The translations under genes were made by a program, and so were the position numbers. Below are positions 36,048-46,520 of a stretch of 64,000 nt of DNA, in pieces. Under the pieces are notes generated by a model, which was given only the letters and a program-made list of their open reading frames with translations, was not told the origin of the DNA and searched no databases. The stretch's first letter is position 1. Every line of letters starts with the position of its first letter. Source of the DNA: an uncultured Dehalococcoidia bacterium (lineage in GTDB: Bacteria; Chloroflexota; Dehalococcoidia; GIF9; UBA5629); assembly GCA_937975645.1 (NCBI GenBank), contig CALJTV010000016.1, positions 12,348 through 76,347 on the forward strand, given 5' to 3'.

Positions 36048-39000
36048 ATGAAAAAATGGAACGATCTGAAAATAGGAGTCAAACTGCTTATAGGCTTCTT
36101 GGTCATCGTGGCATTAGCTGGCGCTCAAAGCTATATCGCTATAAGTTCGCTCTCTTCCATCAACAAAGCAAAAGATGTCCTATTGGTTGCCCACGAAGCG
36201 AACCATGAACTGCAGGACCTTTACACGAACAGGTATCAGTACATGGCTGACAGCGATACAAGTCATGCAAGTAACATGAGGACAGCACTGGCAAACTTGA
36301 AACACTATCTCCAAATGATCGAGACCCTCTCCGGCAGCCCAGAGGCCTCGCGAGTGTGCAAAGAGACAAGCGGGAATTTTGACACCTATGAAACGACTTT
36401 CGTTACCTATATGAATGCCGTGGAATCAAACGAGATAGTGCTGCAGGACTGGAGAAAAATTGGTAACGAGTTTCCAAAACTGATCAGTGCCTTCAAAGAG
36501 AATGTAAAAAGAGGTGGTGAAGAGTTCATCCGGGCTGATGCATTGGAGAAGAAGTTCCTCTTCATGAGGGTGCAAGCCCTTTATTACATAAATAATAGGA
36601 CTGAGCAAAGCTGGACCGACTTTGTGGCGGCGATGTCGGATACAGAAGCCGAAGCCAGAAACTTGGCAGCAATGACCAAAAACAGCCAGGACCTAGCCAG
36701 CATTGCTATTTCCATCACGGACCACATCAATAAGTATATCAGCCAAGCAGACATCTACCACGGTAATGTGCTCAAACAGCAAGCTTGCGAAGCTGCACTG
36801 GCAAAACTGGAACGCCAGATCAAAGGTAGCGCGGATAAGACGAGCCGGGATTACGGTGGCATAAGTCTGCTGGTAGCCATGGCAAAAGAACATATGGAAG
36901 CTACTGGGAGGTCAGCCCTGATCGTTACTCTTGCCTTCATGGTGGCAGCCGTCCTGGTTTCCATACTCATCATCGTTTTGCTTGTGCGAAGCATCACCCG
37001 CCCAGTGAAGCAAGTTGAGGAGGCATTGAAAAAGATGGCTGTCGGCGATATCACCGAAAAGGTGGACTATGCTTCCAGAGACGAGTTTGGACAGATGGCA
37101 CAGGCATACAGAGACACGCAACTGTACCTTGAGGAGATGGCAGGCATCGCCGACAAAATAGTTAAGGGACAGCTTAACGAAATCAACGCTAGACCGAAGT
37201 CTGAAAAGGACTTTTTGGGTACTGCCCTCAGCCAGATGGTAAAGTATTTGCAGGACGTGGGCTCACAGCTACGCAAAGCTGCCTTTGAATCAGGGGCTAA
37301 AGCCTATTATCTCAACAAGCTTCCAGCACCGGTGATAGTAATCGACAAAGAGTTGAACGTCATCTTCGCCAACCTGGCTGCCGCCCAGGCAGTAGGAGTG
37401 GCACCGGAGGAATGCACCGGCAAGAAGTGCTATACCCTGTTCAAGACCGCCGCCTGCAATGCTGGGAATTGTGCCACAGCTAAGGCGATGGAGACCGATT
37501 CCCCTTGCGTCAGCGAGACCATCGCGGAAATGGCTTCCGGTAATGTCCCGATGCGAGTCTATTCTGCCCCGCTCAAGGATGACAAGGGCAAACTCATCGG
37601 TGCACTTGAGTACGGAATCGACATAACAGATGAACTGAAAAGTATTCAAGGAGTGATGGAACTAGTCGAGGCAGCCCAGGAAGGGAAACTGGGCATCCGT
37701 GCCAATGAAGAGCAGTATAGCGGCAACTTCCGCAAGATCATCCACGGCATTAACAGGTTGCTGGACACCATAACCGAGCCGATAAACGAGGCGGCACAGG
37801 TACTGGCACGGATGGCAGAGAAGGACTTCACTGTAAAAGTGATGGGGGACTACAAGAACGACCTGGCAAATATCAAAGAGTCAGTGAACAAAGTTATCGA
37901 CAGCGTCGGCTCCCTGATTGCCCAGCTAAAAGACAATGTGGACGAACTCTCCGGCTCCAGCAACCAGCTATTTAGTGCTGCACAACAGTCTGGTTCGGTG
38001 ACATCACAAGTAGCCAACGTCAGTCAACAAATTGCTAAAGGCGCCGAGGAGCAGTCCAGGGGGATCGGTAAAGTGAGGACTTCTCTGGAACAGCTGTCCA
38101 AAGCCATAGATATGGTAGCTAAAGCCAGCCACGAACAGACGAAAGCAGTGGGTCAGGCTTCCTTGATAGTGCAGCAGGTAAGCAAGGCTTCAGAGCAGTC
38201 CGCCACTAATGCCCAAGAGGCTGCCAGAGGTGCGGAACAGGCAGCAGAGCTTGCCAAAGAGGGCAGCCTAGCTGTAGATGCCAATATCAAGGCGATGTAC
38301 AAGGTCCGCAACGTCGTCAATGAGATGAGCGAAAAAATAAATGAACTCGGGCGCCACTCCGAAGAGATCGGCAGGATGATATCGGTAATCGAGGATATAG
38401 CAGCACAGACTAACCTCCTCGCCCTTAACGCAGCCATCGAAGCCGCCAGAGCAGGCGAGCAGGGACGTGGCTTCGCCGTGGTGGCTGACGAGGTGAAGAA
38501 ACTCGCCGAACGCACAGCCAAAGAGGCGAAGGAAATCGCCAGCCTGGTCAGCACCGTGCAGAAAGGCGTCACCGAGTCCATCAAAGCGGCAAAGGAGGGT
38601 GCCAGCCAGACCGAGGAAGGTGTGAGTATTGCCAACGAGGCTGGCCAAGCCTTGAACAAAATACTTGATGCCGCCAAAACGGTATCCGAGCAAATCGAAC
38701 AGATTTCAGCAGCAGCCCAGCAGGTTAGCGCCTCAGCTACCGAGATGGTGCGGGTTATCGACAGCGTCAGCAAAGCTGCCGAAGAGAACTCCGTTGCCGC
38801 CACTCAAATGGTGGCTACCAAGGAGGACGTCCTCGATAGCGTTAACAACGTGGCTGGCGTGGTGGAAGAGAATAGCGCCGCCGCTGAGGAAATGTCGGCA
38901 TCCGCAGAGGAAATGAGCGCACAAGTGCAACAGGTAGTGGCAGCATCTCACGCGCTCACAGACATGGCGAAGGAGCTGCAGGACACGGTCTCCTTGTTCA

Positions 39001-39116
39001 GGGTGAGCAACAACGGTGGCAACGGGAGCGGTCGGAAGGCAAGAGAAAAACTGCTCAAGGAAACAGTCGTGGGCATAAAGGTTGAACCCAGCTCGGCGAT
39101 ACCACCTGCAAACTAG
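36048..39116 (+). CDS. methyl-accepting chemotaxis protein (2 TM, large helical ectodomain, HAMP, Cys-rich PAS, second HAMP-like linker, MA domain)
   Basis: Highly conserved MA hairpin: ...[40 protein letters not shown].... HAMP follows TM2 ([14 protein letters not shown]...). The protein is 1022 aa. Confidence 0.9.
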   Translation: MKKWNDLKIGVKLLIGFLVIVALAGAQSYIAISSLSSINKAKDVLLVAHEANHELQDLYTNRYQYMADSDTSHASNMRTALANLKHYLQMIETLSGSPEASRVCKETSGNFDTYETTFVTYMNAVESNEIVLQDWRKIGNEFPKLISAFKENVKRGGEEFIRADALEKKFLFMRVQALYYINNRTEQSWTDFVAAMSDTEAEARNLAAMTKNSQDLASIAISITDHINKYISQADIYHGNVLKQQACEAALAKLERQIKGSADKTSRDYGGISLLVAMAKEHMEATGRSALIVTLAFMVAAVLVSILIIVLLVRSITRPVKQVEEALKKMAVGDITEKVDYASRDEFGQMAQAYRDTQLYLEEMAGIADKIVKGQLNEINARPKSEKDFLGTALSQMVKYLQDVGSQLRKAAFESGAKAYYLNKLPAPVIVIDKELNVIFANLAAAQAVGVAPEECTGKKCYTLFKTAACNAGNCATAKAMETDSPCVSETIAEMASGNVPMRVYSAPLKDDKGKLIGALEYGIDITDELKSIQGVMELVEAAQEGKLGIRANEEQYSGNFRKIIHGINRLLDTITEPINEAAQVLARMAEKDFTVKVMGDYKNDLANIKESVNKVIDSVGSLIAQLKDNVDELSGSSNQLFSAAQQSGSVTSQVANVSQQIAKGAEEQSRGIGKVRTSLEQLSKAIDMVAKASHEQTKAVGQASLIVQQVSKASEQSATNAQEAARGAEQAAELAKEGSLAVDANIKAMYKVRNVVNEMSEKINELGRHSEEIGRMISVIEDIAAQTNLLALNAAIEAARAGEQGRGFAVVADEVKKLAERTAKEAKEIASLVSTVQKGVTESIKAAKEGASQTEEGVSIANEAGQALNKILDAAKTVSEQIEQISAAAQQVSASATEMVRVIDSVSKAAEENSVAATQMVATKEDVLDSVNNVAGVVEENSAAAEEMSASAEEMSAQVQQVVAASHALTDMAKELQDTVSLFRVSNNGGNGSGRKAREKLLKETVVGIKVEPSSAIPPAN

Positions 39117-39137
39117 CCTAATAAAGGGGGTCAAAAA

Positions 39138-39692
39138 ATGCCTGCAAACGGTCAGACAAGTGAAAAACACCTCGTCCTATTCGTCATAGCCGGTGAGAAA
39201 TACGCCGTTGATATCAACTCTGTCTACGAGATTATCAGACCACAGCCCGTTACCAGAGTACCCAAGGCGCCATTCTTTGTGGAAGGCATCATCAACCTCA
39301 GGGGCAAAGTTGTCCCGGTCGTCGACATGCGGAAAAGGCTGGGGCTGGCAAACGCTGGACAGACCAAGGATAGCCGCATCATGGTCGTGGACAGCAACGG
39401 CGAAAGTGTGGGCATAATCGTTGATGCCGTCACCGAGGTGCTGCGTATACCAGCAGATTCCATAGAGCCACCGTCAAATATCATCGTCTCCACAGCATCA
39501 GACTACATGCTGGGGATCGCCAAGCACGACGGTGACATGATTGTACTGCTCCACCTCGATAAGGTGCTTTCAAAGGAACAGGCACTGGCACCGCCTGTCT
39601 TTGACGACGAACCGTTGGAGTACGAAAAAAGCCCGGCCACCACAAAGATGGGACAGGAAGAGACAAAAGCAACAAATGCAGCAGTCAGTTAA
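39138..39692 (+). CDS. cheW: chemotaxis coupling protein CheW (with C-terminal extension)
   Basis: LVLFVIAGEKYAVDINSVYEI...VEGIINLRGKVVPVVDMRKRLG is typical of CheW. Confidence 0.9.
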   Translation: MPANGQTSEKHLVLFVIAGEKYAVDINSVYEIIRPQPVTRVPKAPFFVEGIINLRGKVVPVVDMRKRLGLANAGQTKDSRIMVVDSNGESVGIIVDAVTEVLRIPADSIEPPSNIIVSTASDYMLGIAKHDGDMIVLLHLDKVLSKEQALAPPVFDDEPLEYEKSPATTKMGQEETKATNAAVS

Positions 39693-39836
39693 TAATTAGA
39701 AGTCCCCCGATATAAAGAGACAGCATGACGCTCAAATCAGGGAGGTACATGGCTTCATACACAAGAACTCTCCCGACTTTGAAGCAGGATCCCCCTGTAG
39801 TTGAATTTGGCAAGTACGGAGGACCGGGTGGATCTG

Positions 39837-41918
39837 ATGACTAACCTAACAAAAGAGGACCTGGCTATATTCTTACAGGAGACCGAAGAGCTGCTCCAGG
39901 TGCTCGATGAGGATATAGTTAAGCTAGAACATAGTGGAGCAACCACCGAACTCCTGAACGAAATCTTTCGTGCCGCTCACACTATAAAGGGCTCAGCAGC
40001 TATGATCGGGCACCAGCGCATGTCCGACCTCGCACATGCCATGGAGACCGTTTTCGACGAACTGCGCAAGGGGTCCCGCCCGGTGGACGCTGAGCTGATA
40101 GATACGCTCCTCACCAGTCTCGATACGTTGAGAGCACTCAAGGTGGAATTGACTTCCCCTCAGAGTGGTGAAGTGGATGTCTCGCTGGCTATCTCCATGC
40201 TACATAGGATCTCGACGAATGACGATACGGATGTATCGCGGGAACACCAACCACATGCCACCGTCGAGGAAGTATTCTCTGACGAAGAAACCTTGCAAAA
40301 AGTCCAGTCGGCACTCAAGGAAGGTAACAAGGTCCTCCTGATTAGCGCCGAAATAGACAAAAACAGCCCGTGGAATGCAGTGCGCTGCTTCCAGATACTT
40401 ATGGAAGCATCCAGACTAGGGGAAATCATCCGCTCTATACCTGCACAAAAAGAGGTCGAAGAGGGAAAGGTAGACTCCAGTGTCAAACTACTGCTCGCCA
40501 CCCGCAGCGAAGAGGTTAAACTGCGGGAAAAATTAGCCACCGTTCCGGAACTGGCTAGCTTGCGCATCATTCCCTTTGGCCATCATGTGCGAAGCGGGCA
40601 GACCAATGGCAACTATGCCCAGTCGAGCAGCAAAATAACACCAGAAACAGCAGGCAAAACAAGACAGAGCGTGAGGATAGACATTGAGCGCCTTGACAGT
40701 TTGATGGAACAAATAGGGGAACTGGTGGTAAACCGCAACCGCCTCGCCCAGCTAAGTCGGCTGCTGGAAGCTAAGTACAGAGGCGACCAGATCATCGACG
40801 AGCTAGAAAGAAGTATGATCCAAACAGGAAAAGTGGTCAATATGCTGCAGCAAGACATTATGAAAATCAGGATGCTCCCCCTGGAAACGGTGTTCACCGG
40901 ATTTCCCAGGATGGTCAGGGACCTGGCACGAAAAGCTGGCAAAAAGATCAATTTTGTCGTCGAGGGGCAGGAGACTGAGATAGACCGTAGCGTTATCGAG
41001 CACATTAAGGATCCGCTGGTACACTTGCTTAGAAACGCTGTTGACCACGGCATCGAACCACCGGAACAACGCATAGCACTGGGTAAGCCGGAGACCGGCA
41101 CAATAATCCTCTCAGCCTACCATGAACAGAACTACATCGTCATTACCATAACAGACGATGGCAGGGGGCTTGACCCAGCAAGTATCAAGCGTTCCGCAGT
41201 GGAGAAGGGAATTGTTACCGCTGAAAGAGCGGCAAAAATGACCGACGCTGAAGCCATTGACCTAATATTTCTACCCAGAGTGTCAACAGCACAGATGACC
41301 ACTGAGGTATCGGGGAGGGGTGTTGGTCTGGACGTGGTCAAGACAAACATAGAAGCGCTACGCGGGTCAGTTACTGTCAGCTCGGAGAAAAACAAGGGCA
41401 CGCGGTTCAGTCTGAGGTTACCCCTTACCCTGGCAATTCTACCAGCTCTTCTAGTAGAAGCCGGTGGCACTCTGTGCGCCATACCCCTAGCAGACGTTGT
41501 GGAGGCAGCAAAGCTACCCACCGATAACATCAAGACCATCAGAGGCAAGAAAGTCATAATGTGGCGGGATACTGTCCTTTCGGTGTTCGATCTAGCTACT
41601 GTATTCGGCTGGAAAAGGTCTAGCACCAGCAATAATAGCGAAATAGAGAGCGTTGTGGTTAAAGCCGGAGACCTGAAAGCATGCCTGACCGTGGACTCCT
41701 TGAAAGGACAGCAGGACATTGTATTGAAAACGCTGGGCAATTACCTCCGGAATACCAGGGGGATAGCAGGCGCCAGTATCCTCGGTGACGGCAATGTCGC
41801 TCTAGTGCTGGACATAGCCACCCTTCTCATCACGACAATCGGCGACAGACGCTGTCACTCGAAATATATCTATCTGACTAACAGCAGGCAAGAAGACAGG
41901 CTGATAAAAGTGAATTGA
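39837..41918 (+). CDS. cheA: chemotaxis histidine kinase CheA
   Basis: Hpt domain FRAAHTIKGSAAM, HATPase boxes (HLLRNAVDHG, DDGRGL, GRGVGLDVV) and a C-terminal CheW-like domain. ATG 39837 fits the P1 N-terminus. The ORF is open from 39801. Confidence 0.9.
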   Translation: MTNLTKEDLAIFLQETEELLQVLDEDIVKLEHSGATTELLNEIFRAAHTIKGSAAMIGHQRMSDLAHAMETVFDELRKGSRPVDAELIDTLLTSLDTLRALKVELTSPQSGEVDVSLAISMLHRISTNDDTDVSREHQPHATVEEVFSDEETLQKVQSALKEGNKVLLISAEIDKNSPWNAVRCFQILMEASRLGEIIRSIPAQKEVEEGKVDSSVKLLLATRSEEVKLREKLATVPELASLRIIPFGHHVRSGQTNGNYAQSSSKITPETAGKTRQSVRIDIERLDSLMEQIGELVVNRNRLAQLSRLLEAKYRGDQIIDELERSMIQTGKVVNMLQQDIMKIRMLPLETVFTGFPRMVRDLARKAGKKINFVVEGQETEIDRSVIEHIKDPLVHLLRNAVDHGIEPPEQRIALGKPETGTIILSAYHEQNYIVITITDDGRGLDPASIKRSAVEKGIVTAERAAKMTDAEAIDLIFLPRVSTAQMTTEVSGRGVGLDVVKTNIEALRGSVTVSSEKNKGTRFSLRLPLTLAILPALLVEAGGTLCAIPLADVVEAAKLPTDNIKTIRGKKVIMWRDTVLSVFDLATVFGWKRSSTSNNSEIESVVVKAGDLKACLTVDSLKGQQDIVLKTLGNYLRNTRGIAGASILGDGNVALVLDIATLLITTIGDRRCHSKYIYLTNSRQEDRLIKVN

Positions 41919-41940
41919 GAAGCAGTCCGATAGATCATGC

Positions 41941-42504
41941 ATGGAGGAGGAAATGTCAGCCGAGACTACTAAAATTGTAAGCAAAGCGGTAACCAACGCT
42001 GTGTCCGGACTTTCGGGAATGGTCGGTAAAGAGGTCCATATCTTCGACTTTGACCTCAAAAAGGTGAAGGTAAAAGACGTGCCCTACGAGTTCGGCGGGC
42101 CCGAAGCCTTGATAGTAGGAGTATACCTTCAGATCAAGGATAGAAACGGGCATATATTTGTGGGCTACGAGCCTGCGGTCGCTTCCGAGTTGATAAACAT
42201 GCTGCTGGGACAAGTCCCGAGCTCGATGCTCGAGCTTTCCGAAATGGAACAGTCGCTCCTAGGTGAGGTGGGAAACCTCATGGGTTCGTTCTTTTTGAAC
42301 ACCCTGGCTGAAGAGACAGGGATTTCTTTGCTCCCCTCACCACCAGCAGTAATGATAGACATGGCGGGCGCAATTTTGGACGTACCTCTGTCCCGCGTTC
42401 TGGAACAGGGGGAGGAAACACCCATCATGACAGCACGCTTCGGCACACGAGACCAACATATCGATGGCAAGTTTCTAATACTACCCATCCCGGTAATCAA
42501 GTAA
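41941..42504 (+). CDS. cheC: CheC/CheX-family CheY-P phosphatase-like protein (single recognisable active-site motif)
   Basis: S-LLG-E-VG-N ... P matches the D/S-x3-E-x2-N-x22-P motif once, in the second half. Position is between cheA and cheD. An alternative start lies at 41953. Confidence 0.65.
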   Translation: MEEEMSAETTKIVSKAVTNAVSGLSGMVGKEVHIFDFDLKKVKVKDVPYEFGGPEALIVGVYLQIKDRNGHIFVGYEPAVASELINMLLGQVPSSMLELSEMEQSLLGEVGNLMGSFFLNTLAEETGISLLPSPPAVMIDMAGAILDVPLSRVLEQGEETPIMTARFGTRDQHIDGKFLILPIPVIK

Positions 42505-42542
42505 CAATGAAGCAAAGAAAGAAAATGGACTAGGGAGATAGT

Positions 42543-43046
42543 ATGAATAAACAAGCCCAAGATAACGATGAAATCATCGTGGGTATGGGTGAGCTCGCAG
42601 TGAGCAATCAGCCTTCGGCAGTGCTCACCTGCTTGGGTATCGGCTCCTGCGTCGCCGTATGTGCTTTCGACCCAATATCTAGAGTCGGAGGTGTGGCACA
42701 CGTGCTGCTACCCTGCGGAGAAAATGCTAGTACCACCACCCCCTCAAAATATGCCAACATTGCCATTCCTGCTCTGCTCAACGAAATAGCCAAGCTCGGT
42801 GGCAACAAATCACGGCTAGTGATAAAGGTCGTTGGGGGTGCTCGCATATCTACCGCACCGGGCTTTGATGGCACCTTCAAGATCGGCGACAAGAACGTGG
42901 AAGAGGTGCTAGCTGCCCTGAACAGAGAAAAGCTTTCCGCGTCCGCCATGGACGTCGGTGGGGAAAAGGGACGCACCGTGCGTATGTATCTGGATACTGG
43001 TAAAGTTGTGGTACAGAGTGTAGGCACAAAACCAAAAGAGCTATGA
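42543..43046 (+). CDS. cheD: chemoreceptor glutamine deamidase CheD
   Basis: ...LTCLGIGSCVAVCAFDP...GGVAHVLLP... is the CheD pattern. The protein is 167 aa. Confidence 0.85.
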   Translation: MNKQAQDNDEIIVGMGELAVSNQPSAVLTCLGIGSCVAVCAFDPISRVGGVAHVLLPCGENASTTTPSKYANIAIPALLNEIAKLGGNKSRLVIKVVGGARISTAPGFDGTFKIGDKNVEEVLAALNREKLSASAMDVGGEKGRTVRMYLDTGKVVVQSVGTKPKEL

Positions 43047-43113
43047 AATACCAGTTGAAAGCACAAACATCCAAAATTGCAACCGAAATTAGTTTAGTGA
43101 CGGAGGGTACGCC

Positions 43114-43470
43114 ATGGCTACAATAATGGTTGTCGACGATGCCGCATTCATGCGTCTGAGGTGTTCACAGCTATTGGCCCAGAACGGCTATAAGGTGATT
43201 GAAGCGTCCAACGGCACCGAAGCGCTGGCTAAGTACAAAGAACACAGACCAGATGGTGTCCTGCTCGACATCACAATGCCCGATATGGACGGGTTGACCG
43301 CCTTAAAAGAACTTATGGCTCTGGACAAGAACGCCAGAGTATCCATGGTCACAGCCATGGGACAGCAATCAATCGTCATAGAAGCCCTTAAGCACGGGGC
43401 TAGAGACTTCGTAGTAAAACCGTTCGACCCGGACAGAGTGCTGGCGGCAGTGAAAAAGATGTTGAGTTAG
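43114..43470 (+). CDS. cheY: chemotaxis response regulator CheY
   Basis: 118-aa single REC domain with the DD pair (VVDDAAF), phospho-acceptor LLDITMPDMDG, T in VTAMG and K in VVKPF. Confidence 0.9.
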   Translation: MATIMVVDDAAFMRLRCSQLLAQNGYKVIEASNGTEALAKYKEHRPDGVLLDITMPDMDGLTALKELMALDKNARVSMVTAMGQQSIVIEALKHGARDFVVKPFDPDRVLAAVKKMLS

Positions 43471-43498
43471 ACTACGGCGCCGTAGATGGCGCCAGGCG

Positions 43499-44593
43499 AT
43501 GGCGAAGGTTATGGAAAATAGAGTAAAGGTGCTGGTAGTAGACGACTCAGGATTCGTCCGGTCAGTCATATCTCAAGAGCTGGCGACTGACCCGGAGATA
43601 GAGATCATCGGCGCAGCCAAAGATGGCATCGACGCCATCGAAAAGGTGAAGAAACTGAGACCCGATGTGGTTACTATGGACGTCATCATGCCGAAAATGG
43701 ACGGGCTTACAGCGCTGGAACACATAATGAAAGAGCTCCCTACACCTGTCGTCATGGTCAGCGCACTCACCACCAGTAGCGCAGAGGTCACCATAAAAGC
43801 ACTGGAGTTGGGTGCTGTCGATTTCTTCCTTAAACCTTCCGTGCTCAGCCCGCTGGGCGATGCCAACTCCAAAGCGGGACTGATCGCCAAAATAAAACTG
43901 GCAGCCAGAACCACCGTTTCAAAGGAGCCCATACCACACCTGCACACCGCCGCACCGTCTACCAAGGCTATCCAGAAGGCACATAGCGGGAAAAGACCGA
44001 ACCGGGTAGTGGTAATCGGCTCATCCACAGGTGGACCGCGGGCTCTGATGCAGGTTATCCCTAGGCTGCCAGCGGATGTAGACGCAGCCATTTTGGTGGT
44101 GCAACACATGCCATCCCTGTTTACCAGGTCACTTGCCGAACGGCTTGACAGCCTCTCCAGGCTGAGCGTCAGAGAAGCACAAGACGGCGACGAAATACAG
44201 CGACATCAGGTACTAGTAGCTCCAGGCGATCACCACATGGTGGTCAACGACAGCCGTATACAGCTACATAAGGGTCCACCTGTGCTTGGTGTCCGACCAT
44301 GTATCGACATCACCATGGAATCAGTAGCCAGAAACTTCGGCAACCGCTCCTTGGGCGTGGTCCTCACAGGTATGGGCACGGACGGGACTAGGGGAGCAGC
44401 CCTCATCAAAGCAGCGGGGGGTAAAATTATTGTGGAGGATGAATCAACGTGTGTGGTGAACGGGATGCCGATAAGTGTTGTCAGAGCGGGCTATGCTGAC
44501 TACATAGTCCCCATCCATGACATGGCTTTGAAGATTGCAGAAATCTGTGAAGAAAAGGTGTTAACACAGAAGACCACAGCGAGAGGGTCATGA
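43499..44593 (+). CDS. cheB: protein-glutamate methylesterase/deamidase CheB
   Basis: REC domain (VLVVDDSGF...MDVIMPKMDG) plus an esterase domain (GSSTGGP, VQHMP, GMGTDG). An alternative start lies at 43511 (MENRVKV). Confidence 0.9.
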   Translation: MAKVMENRVKVLVVDDSGFVRSVISQELATDPEIEIIGAAKDGIDAIEKVKKLRPDVVTMDVIMPKMDGLTALEHIMKELPTPVVMVSALTTSSAEVTIKALELGAVDFFLKPSVLSPLGDANSKAGLIAKIKLAARTTVSKEPIPHLHTAAPSTKAIQKAHSGKRPNRVVVIGSSTGGPRALMQVIPRLPADVDAAILVVQHMPSLFTRSLAERLDSLSRLSVREAQDGDEIQRHQVLVAPGDHHMVVNDSRIQLHKGPPVLGVRPCIDITMESVARNFGNRSLGVVLTGMGTDGTRGAALIKAAGGKIIVEDESTCVVNGMPISVVRAGYADYIVPIHDMALKIAEICEEKVLTQKTTARGS

Positions 44594-45438
44594 CCGACGC
44601 CGAATATCTAGAGCTTATAGGGAAAATTCGACAGCTTACTGACGTTGATCTAAACAAATACAAGACCAATCAGACGCGTCGTCGTCTGGAACACTTTTTG
44701 CTAAACCTCGGCTGCCAGGACGTGGCATCATTTTGCACCACGCTGGAGCAGGACCCCATTATGGTGGAAAAACTTAAGGACTTCCTGACAATCAACGTGT
44801 CTGAGTTCTTCCGCGACCCAAAATACTTTAGCTTGTTGCTGACGGACATCCTCCCTGAAATGCTGAAAAACCGCACTAGACTGAATATCTGGAGCGCCGG
44901 CTGTTCAAACGGTGCCGAAGCGTACTCTGTCGCCATGATCCTTGACCATCTCTCGCCACTTTCCTATCACCGGATACTAGCCACCGATATCGACCGAAAG
45001 TGCCTCGAAAAAGCCAGAAACGGTGGGCCCTACGATACCAAAGAGGTCAGGAATGTGCCCCGGGAGTTCTTGGAAAAATATTTTGTCGCCACCGACGATG
45101 GCTATAGGGTGGTGGACAAAATGCGCTACAACGTCGTTTTCAAACAGCATGACCTGCTGAAGGACTTCGTGGGTTCGGGATTTGACCTCATCATCTGTCG
45201 CAACGTGCTTATCTATCTTACTGAAGAGGCAAAAAACGAACTGTTACGCAGGTTCCACCGCGCCCTCAAGGAAAATGGTATCCTGTTCCTGGGAGCCACC
45301 GAAATCATCCTGGACCCGGCAAGCTTCGGCTTTACCCTGTACAACATCTGTTTCTACCGGAAAGCAACCACCAAAAAGGGTCTTTTAGGAACTTCAAAAA
45401 TGCCGGCACTGGCATCAGCCCGGGGGAGTAAAACATGA
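44590..45438 (+). CDS. cheR: chemotaxis protein methyltransferase CheR
   Basis: ...TINVSEFFRDP...IWSAGCSNGAEAYS...DLIICRNVLIYL. Its start overlaps the cheB stop as ATGA. Confidence 0.9.
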   Translation: MTDAEYLELIGKIRQLTDVDLNKYKTNQTRRRLEHFLLNLGCQDVASFCTTLEQDPIMVEKLKDFLTINVSEFFRDPKYFSLLLTDILPEMLKNRTRLNIWSAGCSNGAEAYSVAMILDHLSPLSYHRILATDIDRKCLEKARNGGPYDTKEVRNVPREFLEKYFVATDDGYRVVDKMRYNVVFKQHDLLKDFVGSGFDLIICRNVLIYLTEEAKNELLRRFHRALKENGILFLGATEIILDPASFGFTLYNICFYRKATTKKGLLGTSKMPALASARGSKT

Positions 45439-46520
45439 GGCGGATATCTTTGAAATACGCCAGACCTGGCATGGTACTTGGCTATCCGGTGTTTGACCCC
45501 TACGGAGTCAAACTGCTTGACACAAACGTCAAGCTGGATGAACACAACCTAAAGATGCTCATCAAGATGAAAGTAAACGAAATATTTATCCAAGATAGCC
45601 GCGTCTACGACATCATCTCTGTACCCCTGATACCACCGGAAATCGAAGGAAGAGCGTCCGCTGTGCTGCGACAGCTAATGATCGAGACCCGTATAAGCGG
45701 TCGCCTAACGTTGGAAGGGGTACGCAACGTCGGCAGCGTGGTGGAGGCTATGGTGAACCACATACATTTTTCCACCATTGGAGAGCCATCTGTAGCCGGC
45801 ATAATGTCCCGCGAAGATTTTATCTACATCCAGCCGGTGAAAGCTGCCATCCTCTCACTGATAGTAGCCCATAAACTGAAATGGGACAGGAGCCAGCTGA
45901 CCAGCCTGGGTATGGCAGCCATGCTCAAAGATATTGGCTATGCAGAGCTGCCCGAGGAGGTCCTCCGCAAACCGGACGAGCTGACAAAAGAGGAGGTGGC
46001 AAAGCTTCGGGAACATCCGGCGCTCGGTCAAAGACTGCTGAGACAGTTCAATGGCAAAGACACAAACATCGCCACCGCCATCATGCAGCACCACGAACGG
46101 TGGAATGGAAGCGGCTACCCGCTGGGACTTAGAGGTGCCAGGATATCACCACTGGCACAGATGCTCGCCATCGCGGACAGCTATACGGAACTTATTTCGG
46201 TAAGCCCGTGGAGGACCCGGGTATACATGCCACATGAAGCCATTGAGTTCATCATGGCATACAGTGGCGAATACTTCAACCCAGAGATGGTGGACGCATT
46301 CGTGAAACAAATACCCTGCTACCCCGCAGGACTGACCGTCGAGCTAAACACCAAAGAAGTAGGTATCGTCTCAGACTCTAAACGCGGCTTTATAGGCAGA
46401 CCGGTGGTGCGCATTTGCTACCACCCAAAGGAAGGCATACTGCAACAGCCCTATGACCTGGATCTGTCAAAACCGGATTTCCAGTCTAAATTCATAGTAA
46501 AGATCCTGGATTACTTCTAA
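45435..46520 (+). CDS. HD-GYP-family domain protein with degenerate HD motif (KD-GYP)
   Basis: HHERWNGSGYPLGL is present, but the HDIGK position reads LKDIGY. Its start overlaps the cheR stop as ATGA. Confidence 0.8.
   Translation: MRRISLKYARPGMVLGYPVFDPYGVKLLDTNVKLDEHNLKMLIKMKVNEIFIQDSRVYDIISVPLIPPEIEGRASAVLRQLMIETRISGRLTLEGVRNVGSVVEAMVNHIHFSTIGEPSVAGIMSREDFIYIQPVKAAILSLIVAHKLKWDRSQLTSLGMAAMLKDIGYAELPEEVLRKPDELTKEEVAKLREHPALGQRLLRQFNGKDTNIATAIMQHHERWNGSGYPLGLRGARISPLAQMLAIADSYTELISVSPWRTRVYMPHEAIEFIMAYSGEYFNPEMVDAFVKQIPCYPAGLTVELNTKEVGIVSDSKRGFIGRPVVRICYHPKEGILQQPYDLDLSKPDFQSKFIVKILDYF

Noticed and set aside
38153-38803. Long antisense ORFs opposite well-supported genes. Examples: 38153-38803 and 38268-38693 (MCP), 16103-16777 (radical SAM), 63120-63974 (polA), 41132-41740 (cheA), 9199-9753 (rfbD), 50313-50927 and 51075-52800 (clpB), 43573-44109 (cheB), 5111-5635.
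   Set aside because: Each lies entirely within a gene with strong family signatures on the other strand. They have Ala/Ser/Arg-rich, low-information translations and lack RBSs. This is typical of shadow ORFs in GC-moderate or GC-high DNA.
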